A DNA stretch of 64,000 nt from an uncultured delta proteobacterium (GTDB lineage: Bacteria > Desulfobacterota > Desulfobacteria > Desulfobacterales > Desulfosalsimonadaceae). Shown here one piece after another: positions 30,862 through 40,826 of this stretch; positions within the stretch are counted from its first letter, which is position 1, and every line of letters begins with the position of its first letter. Location: the NCBI GenBank assembly GCA_963826785.1, contig CAWGYD010000004.1, positions 128,001 through 192,000 on the forward strand. Reading direction: 5' to 3'. Below the pieces are notes generated by a model that saw only the letters and a list, made by a program, of their open reading frames with translations, did no database searches and had not been told where the DNA came from. A program made the position numbers and the translations under genes.

Positions 30862-30898
30862 AGTAATTGGAGGTCACAAATTGTGACCTCCAATTACT
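30862..30898. promoter_or_regulatory. Perfect 18-bp-arm palindrome, candidate operator or hairpin
   Basis: AGTAATTGGAGGTCACAA-A-TTGTGACCTCCAATTACT abutting the cas2 stop; 21-bp core shared with 22979-23013. Confidence 0.7.
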
Positions 30899-31198
30899 TC
30901 AAAAAAACTTTGCCAGGATCTCCTCGTTCACCAGCTTCTTGTCGAATCCCTGGCCCAGGACCTTGATGCGCCGGAAATCCTCCTGGCAGAAGGGGAAGAG
31001 ATAGACGCTGTCCTCTTCCTCGTCGATGATCTCCCGGCAGATTTCGCCCAGTTCATCGAACCGGCTGCTTTCAAGCCGGCCCAGAAATACGCTCTTCTGG
31101 ACCCGGACGAGGCCGGCCTTCTTGCAGGCCTTGGCCACCTTGTTCCGCTTCTTGTTTTCCACAATATCGTAGATGATCCAGGTCAGAATCGAAGACAC
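30899..31198 (-). CDS. cas2: Cas2
   Basis: IIYDI, RVQKSVFLG, DSVYLFP; GTG start behind AAGGAG. Confidence 0.95.
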   Translation of the reverse strand: MSSILTWIIYDIVENKKRNKVAKACKKAGLVRVQKSVFLGRLESSRFDELGEICREIIDEEEDSVYLFPFCQEDFRRIKVLGQGFDKKLVNEEILAKFF

Positions 31199-31200
31199 AC

Positions 31201-32220
31201 TCAGATCTCCTTGATTTCCAGCCAATCGGGCCGATTTTTGCCGTCTTCGGCCAGAAGTATGTTGGCCAGCCGGTGGGCTTCGTGCTGGATGATGTGACGG
31301 CGCTTGATGTTTTTTTTGCGGTAGCGCACCGACTCATCCAGGTGCGTGTTCATGGCCTCCACCACCACGGGTTTGCCGTTCTGGTTTAAGCTGACCGCCT
31401 GCTCGCCGGCCTCGAAATAATCATCCTTCATCCGGCGGCCGGTGAACAGGTACACGCCGGTCTGCTCGGCAAAGATGCGGAAGGGTTCGATCAGGTCGAA
31501 CACCAAAGACTTCTTGTTGTAGTTGTCCGTGTGCAGAAAGCCCACATAGGGGTCGAGGCCGGAGAGGATGCAGGCTTTTTCCACCAGGCTGTAGAGGATG
31601 CCATAGCAATAGTTGAGCACCGCGTTGAAAGGGTCTTTGGCCGGCTGGCGGGAGCGGCCGGAGAAGCGGTATTTTTCCGGCAGCAGCTGTGAAATGCACT
31701 GAAAGTAGGCCCGGCCGGCGGCCCCCTCGATTCCCATCAGCCGGTTGCGGATGTTCTCTTCCGTGTCTGCCGTAAGCTCCGCCAGATTTTCAAGCGCCTT
31801 GGCGATTGCGGCCAGCGGCTTTTCAAACTGCGGCTCCTTTCCGGGGCGGGCATACATCAGCTTCTTGAGATACTGGCCCTGGTTGTCGAATTTCTGCCGG
31901 ATCATGTCCGTGACCAGCTTGAGGCCGGTTTCCCCGTGCACCGCCGCGTCGAGCTGCCGTCGCCGGATCAGGGCCGTGCTGCCGGTTTTGGAAAACCAGA
32001 CCCGGCCCACCGGATCGCCATACCCGTCCAAAAAGACGATGTCGATGTTGTGCTCCAGCGCCAGGACCACCGCCTGGGTGGAGAGCATGGCCTTGTTGGT
32101 GAGGATGATGGACTCGACCTTCAAGGGGGATATGTCGAACCGCTTCTCCTCATGCTTGAGGCGGAATATCCCGTCTTTCTGGGTGATCAGGGTGCCGGGG
32201 GTGTTGATGACCAACTGCAT
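31201..32220 (-). CDS. cas1: Cas1
   Basis: LMGIEGAAGRAYF, DPFNAVLNYCYG, GLDPYVGFLH, LVFDLIEPFR. Confidence 0.98.
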   Translation of the reverse strand: MQLVINTPGTLITQKDGIFRLKHEEKRFDISPLKVESIILTNKAMLSTQAVVLALEHNIDIVFLDGYGDPVGRVWFSKTGSTALIRRRQLDAAVHGETGLKLVTDMIRQKFDNQGQYLKKLMYARPGKEPQFEKPLAAIAKALENLAELTADTEENIRNRLMGIEGAAGRAYFQCISQLLPEKYRFSGRSRQPAKDPFNAVLNYCYGILYSLVEKACILSGLDPYVGFLHTDNYNKKSLVFDLIEPFRIFAEQTGVYLFTGRRMKDDYFEAGEQAVSLNQNGKPVVVEAMNTHLDESVRYRKKNIKRRHIIQHEAHRLANILLAEDGKNRPDWLEIKEI

Positions 32221-32574
32221 GATTGCCTTGTTCCCTCCTCAGGTGTGGACGGCAAATTGAGCCCTGGGGAAACCGGAACCGATGGGTGCATGGGCCGCCT
32301 GCCCGGGGGGATTGCTGGATGCGTTATAAAGATCGTATTTTGAAACCGGAACCGGATAAATTATGAGATGTTGATACTGAAATTTGGCGAGAAATTCAAG
32401 TAAATATCAGATTTTATGTTCATAAAAAGCGCAACAGGTGGATGAAAATATTGCAATTTAGCGGATTCGGGTGGTATCAGTCACGTCCGGCGTGCGACAG
32501 TTAGACTTTTGATACCGAAAGTGACGAGATGCATTATTACAGGCGAGTAGCCGAAGCCGGGTGCCCCCGAGGCA

Positions 32575-33153
32575 TCAATTCCGATCATCGGAATCATAGA
32601 GGATGCAGCCCCAGAGATAGAGGCTGCCGGGTTCGATCACCCGGGGGAGGTGTTCGTTTCGGCGGTGCCAGGGTTTATACATGGCGACGGCCAGCTCGCT
32701 GCAGTAGTATCGATTGGGGGTATTGATGCCGATGGTGCCGAGAAAATCGTACTTTTTGCCCACGGCAGCCCGGGCGAAGGCCAGTGCCCGGTCGCGGTTG
32801 TCGTCGGTGGCCCACCGGGGACGGATCACCAGGATGCGGTGGGATTTGTTGATGAAGTCCGCCAACGGTGTGGTATGGACGCCGGACGCTTCGGCTTCGA
32901 TGATTTGCATCCGGTCCAGATCCAGGATTCCGGCATGGCTTAAGGGAATGTTGGTGGCATTGGCCACAAAGGTGTCGGACACGTGGTAGCCGCGGGTCAC
33001 CAGCCAGTCGCCGTTTTGGGCCACTTTCAGGATTTCGGTTTCAAATGTTTGATTCTGGGTCAGATGGATTTTTTCGGGGGACGGTTGTACGATGGGCCGG
33101 CCCAGGCAGGCGGCAATGCTCAGGCAGAGGATCAAAAGGAGTATTTTCTTCAT
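32575..33153 (-). CDS. YiiX/YebB-like permuted NlpC/P60 lipoprotein
   Basis: Lipobox IAAC; SHAGI before YDF...YYCSEL (permuted His/Cys order). Confidence 0.85.
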   Translation of the reverse strand: MKKILLLILCLSIAACLGRPIVQPSPEKIHLTQNQTFETEILKVAQNGDWLVTRGYHVSDTFVANATNIPLSHAGILDLDRMQIIEAEASGVHTTPLADFINKSHRILVIRPRWATDDNRDRALAFARAAVGKKYDFLGTIGINTPNRYYCSELAVAMYKPWHRRNEHLPRVIEPGSLYLWGCILYDSDDRN

Positions 33154-33282
33154 GCTTTGCTCCGAATATGTGAAGAAATACTTGAAATCAGCAACTTTTG
33201 TCAGATAATCGTGGATGGAACGGATTGTCAAGTCAAACACGATAATTACCGGGATCTCTGATCGAAACGAAAATCTAATTCC

Positions 33283-33864
33283 ATGCCAGTGACGATGCCG
33301 GAAAATGCGATTTCAAATGTGGTGGGATTTGACGATGCCCCTTTTGAGCGGTCTTATCGCGGCCGGGTCAAAGTGGTGGGGGCGGTGTTTGCGGGGCTTC
33401 GGTTTGACGGCGTGCTGGTCGGGGATGTCGAACGGGATGGTGCGGATGCGGCGGACCGGCTGGCCGGAATGATCGAACAGTCCAAATTCTACGAACACAT
33501 CCGGCTGGTCATGCTGCAGGGGATCGCCCTGGCGGGATTTAACGTGGTGAACGTTTTTGCCCTTCATGAACGGCTCAATCTGCCGGTTTTAGTGGTGGCG
33601 CGCAAACAGCCGGACATGGATGCCGTCCGGGATGCGCTGCTGAACAAGATCCCCGGGGGAAGTGCCAAGTGGGCGATGATTGAGCGGCTGGGGGAAATGG
33701 AAGCGGTCGGATCCGTGTATGTCCAGCGGATGGGTCTGACGAAAGCCTGTGCGGAAAAAACAGTGGCACGGTTTGCCGTGCACAGCCATATCCCGGAGCC
33801 GCTGCGCGCAGCCCACATGATCGCCACCGCCCTGGTCGATGGACAGAGCCGGGGCAATCCATAA
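33283..33864 (+). CDS. DUF99 family (endonuclease V-like) protein
   Basis: VVGFDDAPF, GIALAGFNVV, PEPLRAAHMIA. Confidence 0.88.
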   Translation: MPVTMPENAISNVVGFDDAPFERSYRGRVKVVGAVFAGLRFDGVLVGDVERDGADAADRLAGMIEQSKFYEHIRLVMLQGIALAGFNVVNVFALHERLNLPVLVVARKQPDMDAVRDALLNKIPGGSAKWAMIERLGEMEAVGSVYVQRMGLTKACAEKTVARFAVHSHIPEPLRAAHMIATALVDGQSRGNP

Positions 33865-33898
33865 GGCCGCATCAAACCTGTCTTCTCCGGACAGGTCA

Positions 33899-34300
33899 TC
33901 AGATGCTGTCAAATTTTTCCTTCTGTTCCTTGCATTTGATACAGCGGATGGCAAACGGGCGGATTTCCAGTCGGGCCGGCCGGATCCAGCGGCCGCAATC
34001 CATGCAGCGGCCATAATCCCCGCTTTCCATCCGCTTGAGGGCCTCCTCGATCTGGTCGAGTTCATTTGCTTTTTTCCGGACGAAGGCAAGCGCGTTGTTT
34101 TCGCGAAGCTCCTCCAGCGCCCGGTCGCCGTTTTCCCTCATCAGGTCGACGATATCCTGGTGTTTCTGCTTGGCTTCGCGGTCCATGTCATGAAGTATTT
34201 CGTTCCAGAGGCGTGTCTTCCGATCAATGAGGTTCTGGCGGATGACTCCGCGTTCCTCCGGGGTTATCGGCCGCCTGATGATGTTATTTTCTTCCCCCAT
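33899..34300 (-). CDS. TraR/DksA C4 zinc-finger protein
   Basis: Coiled coil plus YGRCMDCG...RL...CIKC. Confidence 0.9.
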   Translation of the reverse strand: MGEENNIIRRPITPEERGVIRQNLIDRKTRLWNEILHDMDREAKQKHQDIVDLMRENGDRALEELRENNALAFVRKKANELDQIEEALKRMESGDYGRCMDCGRWIRPARLEIRPFAIRCIKCKEQKEKFDSI

Positions 34301-34436
34301 ATCGCCACCTCCGTTTGCATTAATCCGATCTGATAAAAGCATAATGCGCATTGCGATAATTATCAATCAGTGGGCCATGAAAGAAGATTCACTGCTTGTC
34401 ATGGTGGGGCCGCCACTGCCATGCCGGGGCGATGAA

Positions 34437-34853
34437 TTATTCTCCAATAATTTTCACCAGCACCCGTTTTTTCCTTCTGCCGTCGAACTCGCCGTAGAAG
34501 ATCTGCTCCCAGGTGCCGAAATCGAGCCGGCCTTCCGTAACCGCCACCACCACCTCCCGTCCCATGACCTGGCGCTTCATGTGGGCGTCGGCATTGTCCT
34601 CGCCGACATTGTGCCGGTATTTGGAAACCGGTTCATGGGGGGCGAGTTTTTCCAGCCAGACCTCGTAGTCGTGGTGCAGTCCGGATTCATCGTCGTTGAT
34701 GAACACCGATGCGGTGATGTGCATGGCATTGACCAGGACCAGCCCTTCCCGGACGCCGCTTTCGGCCAGACACTGGTTCACCTGGGGGGTGATGTTGATG
34801 AAGGCCCGGCGGGTGGGAACATTGAAAAACAGCTCTTTTCTGAAACTTTTCAT
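34437..34853 (-). CDS. yjbQ: YjbQ/UPF0047 family protein
   Basis: [32 protein letters not shown]. Confidence 0.92.
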   Translation of the reverse strand: MKSFRKELFFNVPTRRAFINITPQVNQCLAESGVREGLVLVNAMHITASVFINDDESGLHHDYEVWLEKLAPHEPVSKYRHNVGEDNADAHMKRQVMGREVVVAVTEGRLDFGTWEQIFYGEFDGRRKKRVLVKIIGE

Positions 34854-35154
34854 GGAGGCACCGAATCTGATAAGGGTTTATTCGATCTGTTTTTTTGAAA
34901 TTAACGGATCTGCGGGCGACTGTCAAATTGAGTGCAGGTCTTTCTTTATTTTGCCAGGCATTCCCGGGCCGTTTTCCATTTCAAAAGGGTGCAATGCTGT
35001 TTGCCTTCGTCAAATAAAGGATTGCGCCGGAAGCCGGATTGTTCCATAACATTTTTCCATTGAAAAAAACGGCTTTGTTTTTATATTTGTGCCTTTGTAT
35101 GCTGCCGTGTGCCTGTGAAGACAGCGGCCCCCGAATCGCAAGTCAGATAGTGAT

Positions 35155-38100
35155 ATGACCCTCGAAAATCGAATCCGGAAAATCCAGAGAAAAATCCGAA
35201 AGGCCATGGCCGCGGATCGTCCATCTCTTGAGCCGGGAGATCGGCCGGATCCGGTCGGCCGTGTCCTCGGGCCGGCAGGGCGAAAAGGCGCTGGAAGATC
35301 GCCTGGACAAGCTTGAACAGCGGATCCTTGCCGGCATCGACCGGAGGCGGCGGCGGGAATCATCCCGGCCGGAAATGCGCTACCCGGAAAATCTGCCCAT
35401 ACTGTCCAAAAAAGATCAAATCATCGATGCGATTTCAAAGCACCAGGTGATCATCGTTTCCGGTGAGACCGGGTCGGGCAAGACCACCCAGCTGCCCAAG
35501 TTCTGCATCGAAGCGGGGCGGGGGATCGACGGGATCATCGGATGCACCCAGCCCCGGCGCATCGCCGCCATCACCGTTGCCGGCCGCATCGCCCAGGAAC
35601 TGGAGGAGGCGCCGGGAAATTCGGTGGGCTACAAGATCCGGTTTCAGGATACGTTCAACCGGGACCGGTCTTTCATCAAGCTGATGACCGACGGCATCCT
35701 GCTGGCCGAGGCCAACCGGGACCGGTTTTTAAACGAATATGACACCCTGATCATCGATGAAGCCCACGAGCGCAGCTTGAATATCGATTTCATCCTGGGC
35801 ATGCTCCGGCAGCTGACCCGGAAACGGCCCGACCTGAAGCTGATCATCACCTCGGCCACCATCGACACGGAAAAATTTTCCAAAGCGTTTGAGGACGCGC
35901 CCATCATCGAGGTGTCCGGCCGGATGTACCCGGTGGATGTCCGGTATGCCGATGACGGGGCAAACGATGACGACACCTATGTGGACAAGGCGGCGGATGC
36001 GGCAGACCGCGTGACGGCGGAAAGCCGGTCCGGGGATGTGCTGATCTTCATGCCCACGGAGCAGGACATCCGGGACACCTGCGAGATCCTTTCCGGCCGC
36101 AGATACCCGCACACTACGGTTTTGCCCCTGTACGCGAGGCTTTCCGCAGCCGACCAGATGAAGGTATTTTCCCCCCAGCGGGGCCGCAAGATCGTGGTGG
36201 CCACCAACGTGGCGGAAACCTCGATCACGGTTCCGGGGATCCGCTACGTGATCGACACGGGCCTGGCCCGCATTTCCCGGTATGAGCCGCGCTCCCGCAC
36301 CACCTGCCTGCCCGTCCTGCCTGTTTCCAGGAGCAGCGCGGATCAGCGCAAGGGGCGCTGCGGCCGGGTGCAAAATGGGATCTGCATCCGCCTGTTTACA
36401 CAAGAGGACTACGAAAACCGGCCCCTGTACACGCTTCCTGAAATCCTGCGCGCCAACCTGTCGGATGTCATTCTTCGCATGATCGCCTTGAAGCTGGGGG
36501 ATATCGAAGATTTTCCGTTCATCGATCCCCCCCCGGCCCGCCAGATCAAAGACGGGTTTGATCTTCTCTTTGAACTGGGAGCCATTGAAAAGCAGGGGAA
36601 AAATACGATATTGACCCGCCGGGGCCGCCTGATGGCGAAAATTCCCCTGGACCCCCGGCTGTCCCGGATGCTGATCGAATCCAGGGAGCGCGGCTGCCTG
36701 GCCCAGGTGGTGGTGATCGCATCTGCCCTGACCATCGGCGATCCCCGGGAACGCCCCGAAAACTTCGAACAGGCAGCGGATGCGGCCCATGCCCCATTCA
36801 AGGACCCGGCATCTGATTTTGTCACCCTGTACAATATCTGGAAGGCCTGTTTCGGGGAGCCGAACCTGGAGAAAAGCACTTCCATCCGCGCGGCCCGGCT
36901 CAAGCAGTTCTGCAGAAAGAATTACATGTCATTCAAGCGGATGCGGGAGTGGCAGGATATTTTCGAGCAGATCACCGGCATCCTGGCCGAATCCGGCATG
37001 GACCTGAAAGCGGCAGGGGCCGCAAAGCCGTCTGCGGAAAAGCAGGGGGTCTATTCCGACCTGTACACGGCCGTTCACAAGTCGATTTTGAGCGGCTTTT
37101 TATCCAATATCGCCCTCAAGAAGGAAAAAAACCTTTACCAGGCCGCCAAGCAGCGCACGGCCATGATCTTTCCCGGCTCGGGGCTGTTCAACAAGGCCGG
37201 CACCTGGATCGTGGCCGCCGAGATGGTGGAGACCTCCCGTCTGTTCGCCCGGACAGCGGCCAATATCGATTCCGGATGGCTGGAGGAACTGGGCCGGGAG
37301 CAGTGCAGGTATGCCTGGCTGAATCCCCGGTGGGAGAAGAACAGGGAGGCCGTGGTGGCCGATGAGCAGGTCAGCCTGTTCGGGCTGGTCATCATTTCCG
37401 GGCGCACGGTCCTGTATGGTCCCCATGACCCGAAGACCGCAACGGAGATTTTCATCCGCAATGCCCTGATCGAGGGGGATGTCAAGTTCGAGCTTCCGTT
37501 TATGACCGCAAACCGGGCCCTGATCGAGGACGTAAAGGACATGGAAAGCCGGGTCCGGCGGCGGGATTTGCTGATTTCAGAAGCCGCGCTGTTTGAATTT
37601 TACGACCAACGCCTGGAAAACGTCTATGACATGCCGGGCCTGAAAAAAAAGATCCGGGAGGCGGGGTCGGATGCTTTTTTGCGCATGGGTGAAGCAGATG
37701 TCCTGGCGGCGCAGCCCGATCCGGAGCGCTTGCTGCAGTTTCCGGACACCGTGAACCTGGGCGAAAATCAGTTCGCCTGCACCTATCGCTTCCTGCCGGG
37801 GGAGAAGGAAGACGGGGTGACCATCCGGATGCCCAAATCTGCCGTCTCCTCCGTGCCCGCGGACACCGCCGACTGGATCGTGCCAGGCCTGCTGGAGGAG
37901 AAAATCACCGCCCTGATCCGGTCCCTGCCCAAGTCCCGGCGAAAGGCCCTGGTGCCGATTGGCGACACCGTGGCGGTGATCATGGAACAGATGCCCAAGT
38001 ACCAGGGCTCCCTGCTGGCAACGCTCAGCGCTTTTATATTCAAGCGCTTCAAGGTGGATATCCCCGTATCCGAGTGGAACACCGATGAACTGGCCGACCA

Positions 38101-39121
38101 CCTGAAGCTTCGCTTTTCCATCACCGATGAAGCCGGCAGGGAACTGGTCAGCGGCCGGGACCGGTCCGTACTGAGGCAGGTTGGCGGACCTGCGCCCGCG
38201 CCTGCCGGATTTGACCGGGAGCGGCGGCAGTGGGAACGCGAAGGCCTCACCGGGTGGGACTTCCCGGACCTGCCGGAAGTCATCCTGGTTTCACCGAAAA
38301 AGCGGGAAAGCTTTCCCGTGTATCCGGCGCTTACGGATGTGGACGGCCGTGTCGACCTGCGCCTGTTCACGGACAAGGCCGAGGCGCAATGCGCCCATCC
38401 CGAAGGCGTGGCGCGCCTGTTTTCCCTCTATTTTGCAAAGGATCTTAAGTTTTTGCATAAAAACCTGGCCGTGGGGCCGGACATGGCCGCTGCGGCCCGC
38501 CATTTCGGAGGAAAGACCCAGGTCAGGGACCGGCTGTATGATCGGGTAATCCGGGATCTGTTTGCCGTCAACATCCGCACGAAAAAATTATTTCTCGACC
38601 ATGCCCAATTCTGCGTCAACCGGATTCTGCCGGCCGGCCAGGCCTTGACGGATGCGGTTTTTCCGGTGATCGGCGCCTGCCATGAAGCCTACGCGTCCAT
38701 TTCCGCATTGCAGCGCGTGTATTTGAAAAGCGAGGCGATCCAGGCCTTTCTGGGCGAACTGGCACAAGGGCTGTCCCAGCTGGTGCCGCCGCATTTCATT
38801 GATCTGTACGATGGAAAAGAAATGGCGCGCCTGGTAAGGTATGCAAAAGCGGTCCGGCTGCGGGCCGAGCGGGGGGTATCCGACATGGACAAGGACCGCA
38901 GAAAAGCGGCCCGGGTGAGTCCGTTTGCCTCCGGTTTACATGACCTGGTGGACTCCCTTGATGCATCGGCCTCGGATGAAAAGCGTGATGCCGTAGAGGA
39001 ATTCTTCTGGATGCTCGAGGAGTACAAGGTCTCGGTATTCGCCCAGGAACTCAAGACCGCCTTTCCCGTCTCCCCCCGGAAACTGGCCGACCTGGAGGCG
39101 AAAATCCGGCGGATGATTTGA
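35155..39121 (+). CDS. hrpA: ATP-dependent RNA helicase HrpA; apparent frameshift near 35225
   Basis: GETGSGKTTQLPK, DEAHERS, SAT, QRKGRCGR, VFAQEL; plausible N-terminus MTLENRIRK...AMAADR is in another frame. Confidence 0.93.
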
Positions 39122-39150
39122 TGGCGCAGATTCTTGTTTGTCGCAGATTC

Positions 39151-39228
39151 TGGATGCCCGCCTTCGCGGGCATGACAATAATTATATCATTGGCCATTAC
39201 CCGTCATGCCCGCGGAGGCGGGCATCTA
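39151..39228. repeat. Inverted doublet of 26-bp palindrome GTCATGCCCGCGRAGGCGGGCATCYA (REPIN-like)
   Basis: Copies at 39151-39176 (minus) and 39203-39228 (plus), 26 bp apart; truncated third copy at 39558-39577. Confidence 0.88.
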
Positions 39229-39237
39229 TGATTACAT

Positions 39238-39537
39238 TCATTGCCTGATAACTCCGTACAAATCTTTCCATTCAGGATTCTTTTCCTCGATCAGCCGCAT
39301 TTTCCAGTCACGATTCCACTTCTTGATCCTTTTTTCCCGGGTGATTGCCGACTCTGCATTCTGGTGAACCTCATAATAAACCAGATTCACCACATTATAC
39401 TTTTCCGTAAACCCCTTCACGAAATGTTGTTTGTGCTGCCAGACGCGCTTGAGCAGATCAGAGGTAACCCCGACGTACAAAGTGCCATTTTTTCTGCTGG
39501 CTAAAATGTAAACGTAGAACTGTTTTTCATATTCCAT
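39238..39537 (-). CDS. Small stand-alone GIY-YIG nuclease
   Basis: FYVYILAS...TLYVGVTSDLLKRVWQH, AITREKRIKKWNRDWK. Confidence 0.93.
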   Translation of the reverse strand: MEYEKQFYVYILASRKNGTLYVGVTSDLLKRVWQHKQHFVKGFTEKYNVVNLVYYEVHQNAESAITREKRIKKWNRDWKMRLIEEKNPEWKDLYGVIRQ

Positions 39538-39617
39538 TCTAAACCGCCACCCCACCCATCATGCAGGCGGGCATCCAGATAATCCGCCATCATTCAATTG
39601 GCGGCATCAATTCGCAA

Positions 39618-40463
39618 TTATCCGTTTAGATTCCAATATTCCGAGAGTTTTAAGCAACCGTCAGCCTCCTCATCCCGGCCCCGCTTTCGGCATCCGGCCG
39701 CATAGATCCGGCATTTTTGCACCAGCATGGAAATGGCGGCCAGCCGCTGGGATTTTGACAAGATGCCGCTTCGCAATATTTTATCGATGCTGTAAATGCG
39801 GTATTTGTCCAGGCAGGGGGCGGCGGAAAGCTGGTCTTCGTGGCCGCCCTGTTTGACAATCAGGGGTTCGTCGATCAGGTGCACCGGGTGGTGCGCCGAT
39901 ATCCGCAGCCACAGGTCGTAATCCTCGCAGGCCGGCATGGATTCGTCAAACAGTCCCGCCTGATCAAACAGGGATCTTCGCACCATGACCGCAGATGGGC
40001 TGACCAGGCACAGCTCCAGTGAAGGTTCAAATATCATCCCGGAGGGCTTGGCATGCCTGTTTTTAGGATTCACCCGCCGGCCCCGGCGGACCCAGATCTC
40101 CTGGGTCTGGCAGATCAGGGCTTCCGGGTGGTCATCGAAAAAGGAGACCTGCCGGGACAACTTGCCCGGCAGCCAGTAATCGTCTGAATCGAGAAAGGCG
40201 ATCAGTTCCCCGGAGGAAGCTGCAATCCCGTGGTTCCGGGCGGCGGATACCCCCCTGTTGGGCTGGGTGATGACGGTGACGCGCTCCCCATAGGCGGAAA
40301 GCAGCTGCGGTGTTTCGTCGGTGGAGCCGTCATCGACAATGAGGAGTTCAAAATCGGTATCATCCTGCTCGAAAACCGAATCAATGGCCCGGGGAAGCGC
40401 CCAGGCCCGGTTGTGAGCGGGGATGATAACAGAGACGCGGGGGGAACGGCGGGTTGAGGGCAA
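39618..40463 (-). CDS. Family 2 glycosyltransferase
   Basis: VSVIIP, VDDGSTD, GVSAARN, FLDSDD, EDYDLWLR. Confidence 0.93.
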   Translation of the reverse strand: MPSTRRSPRVSVIIPAHNRAWALPRAIDSVFEQDDTDFELLIVDDGSTDETPQLLSAYGERVTVITQPNRGVSAARNHGIAASSGELIAFLDSDDYWLPGKLSRQVSFFDDHPEALICQTQEIWVRRGRRVNPKNRHAKPSGMIFEPSLELCLVSPSAVMVRRSLFDQAGLFDESMPACEDYDLWLRISAHHPVHLIDEPLIVKQGGHEDQLSAAPCLDKYRIYSIDKILRSGILSKSQRLAAISMLVQKCRIYAAGCRKRGRDEEADGCLKLSEYWNLNG

Positions 40464-40467
40464 GTCG

Positions 40468-40782
40468 ACACCCCCCTAACCCCCCTCGAGGGGGGAATTT
40501 TTTGGGGGTCGCCCATGCCGGCATTCCTCCTCGAGAGGGGTACTTTTTGTGGAGAGCCCGTAGCTGAATCCCTTCTCGAGGGGGGATTCTTTTGGGGGCA
40601 ACCCATGCCGGAATCTCTCTTTAAGAGGAAAATCTTTTTCGGATAACCCATGCCTGAATCCCCCCTTGAGAGGGATAGCTTTTGCGGAGAGCCCGTAGCT
40701 GAATCCTCCCCTGAGCGGGGTGCCTTTTATGGAAAACCCATACCTGAATCCCCCCTTGAGGGGGGAATTAAAGGGGGGTGTA
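40468..40782. repeat. TIR-bounded element with seven hairpin units at 45-bp period
   Basis: Units start at 40521, 40566, 40611, 40656, 40701 and 40746 (first unit near 40478); ends ACACCCCCCT and AGGGGGGTGT. Confidence 0.88.
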
Positions 40783-40826
40783 TCCGGATGCCGATAAACA
40801 GGAATACTTCGTATCATGGCCGGCCA

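Noticed and set aside
40464..40478. Amber readthrough joining the repeat peptide to the glycosyltransferase (an in-frame TAG also separates abrB and vapC)
   Set aside because: In-frame arrangement occurs one time in three by chance, and no recoding machinery is visible in the window
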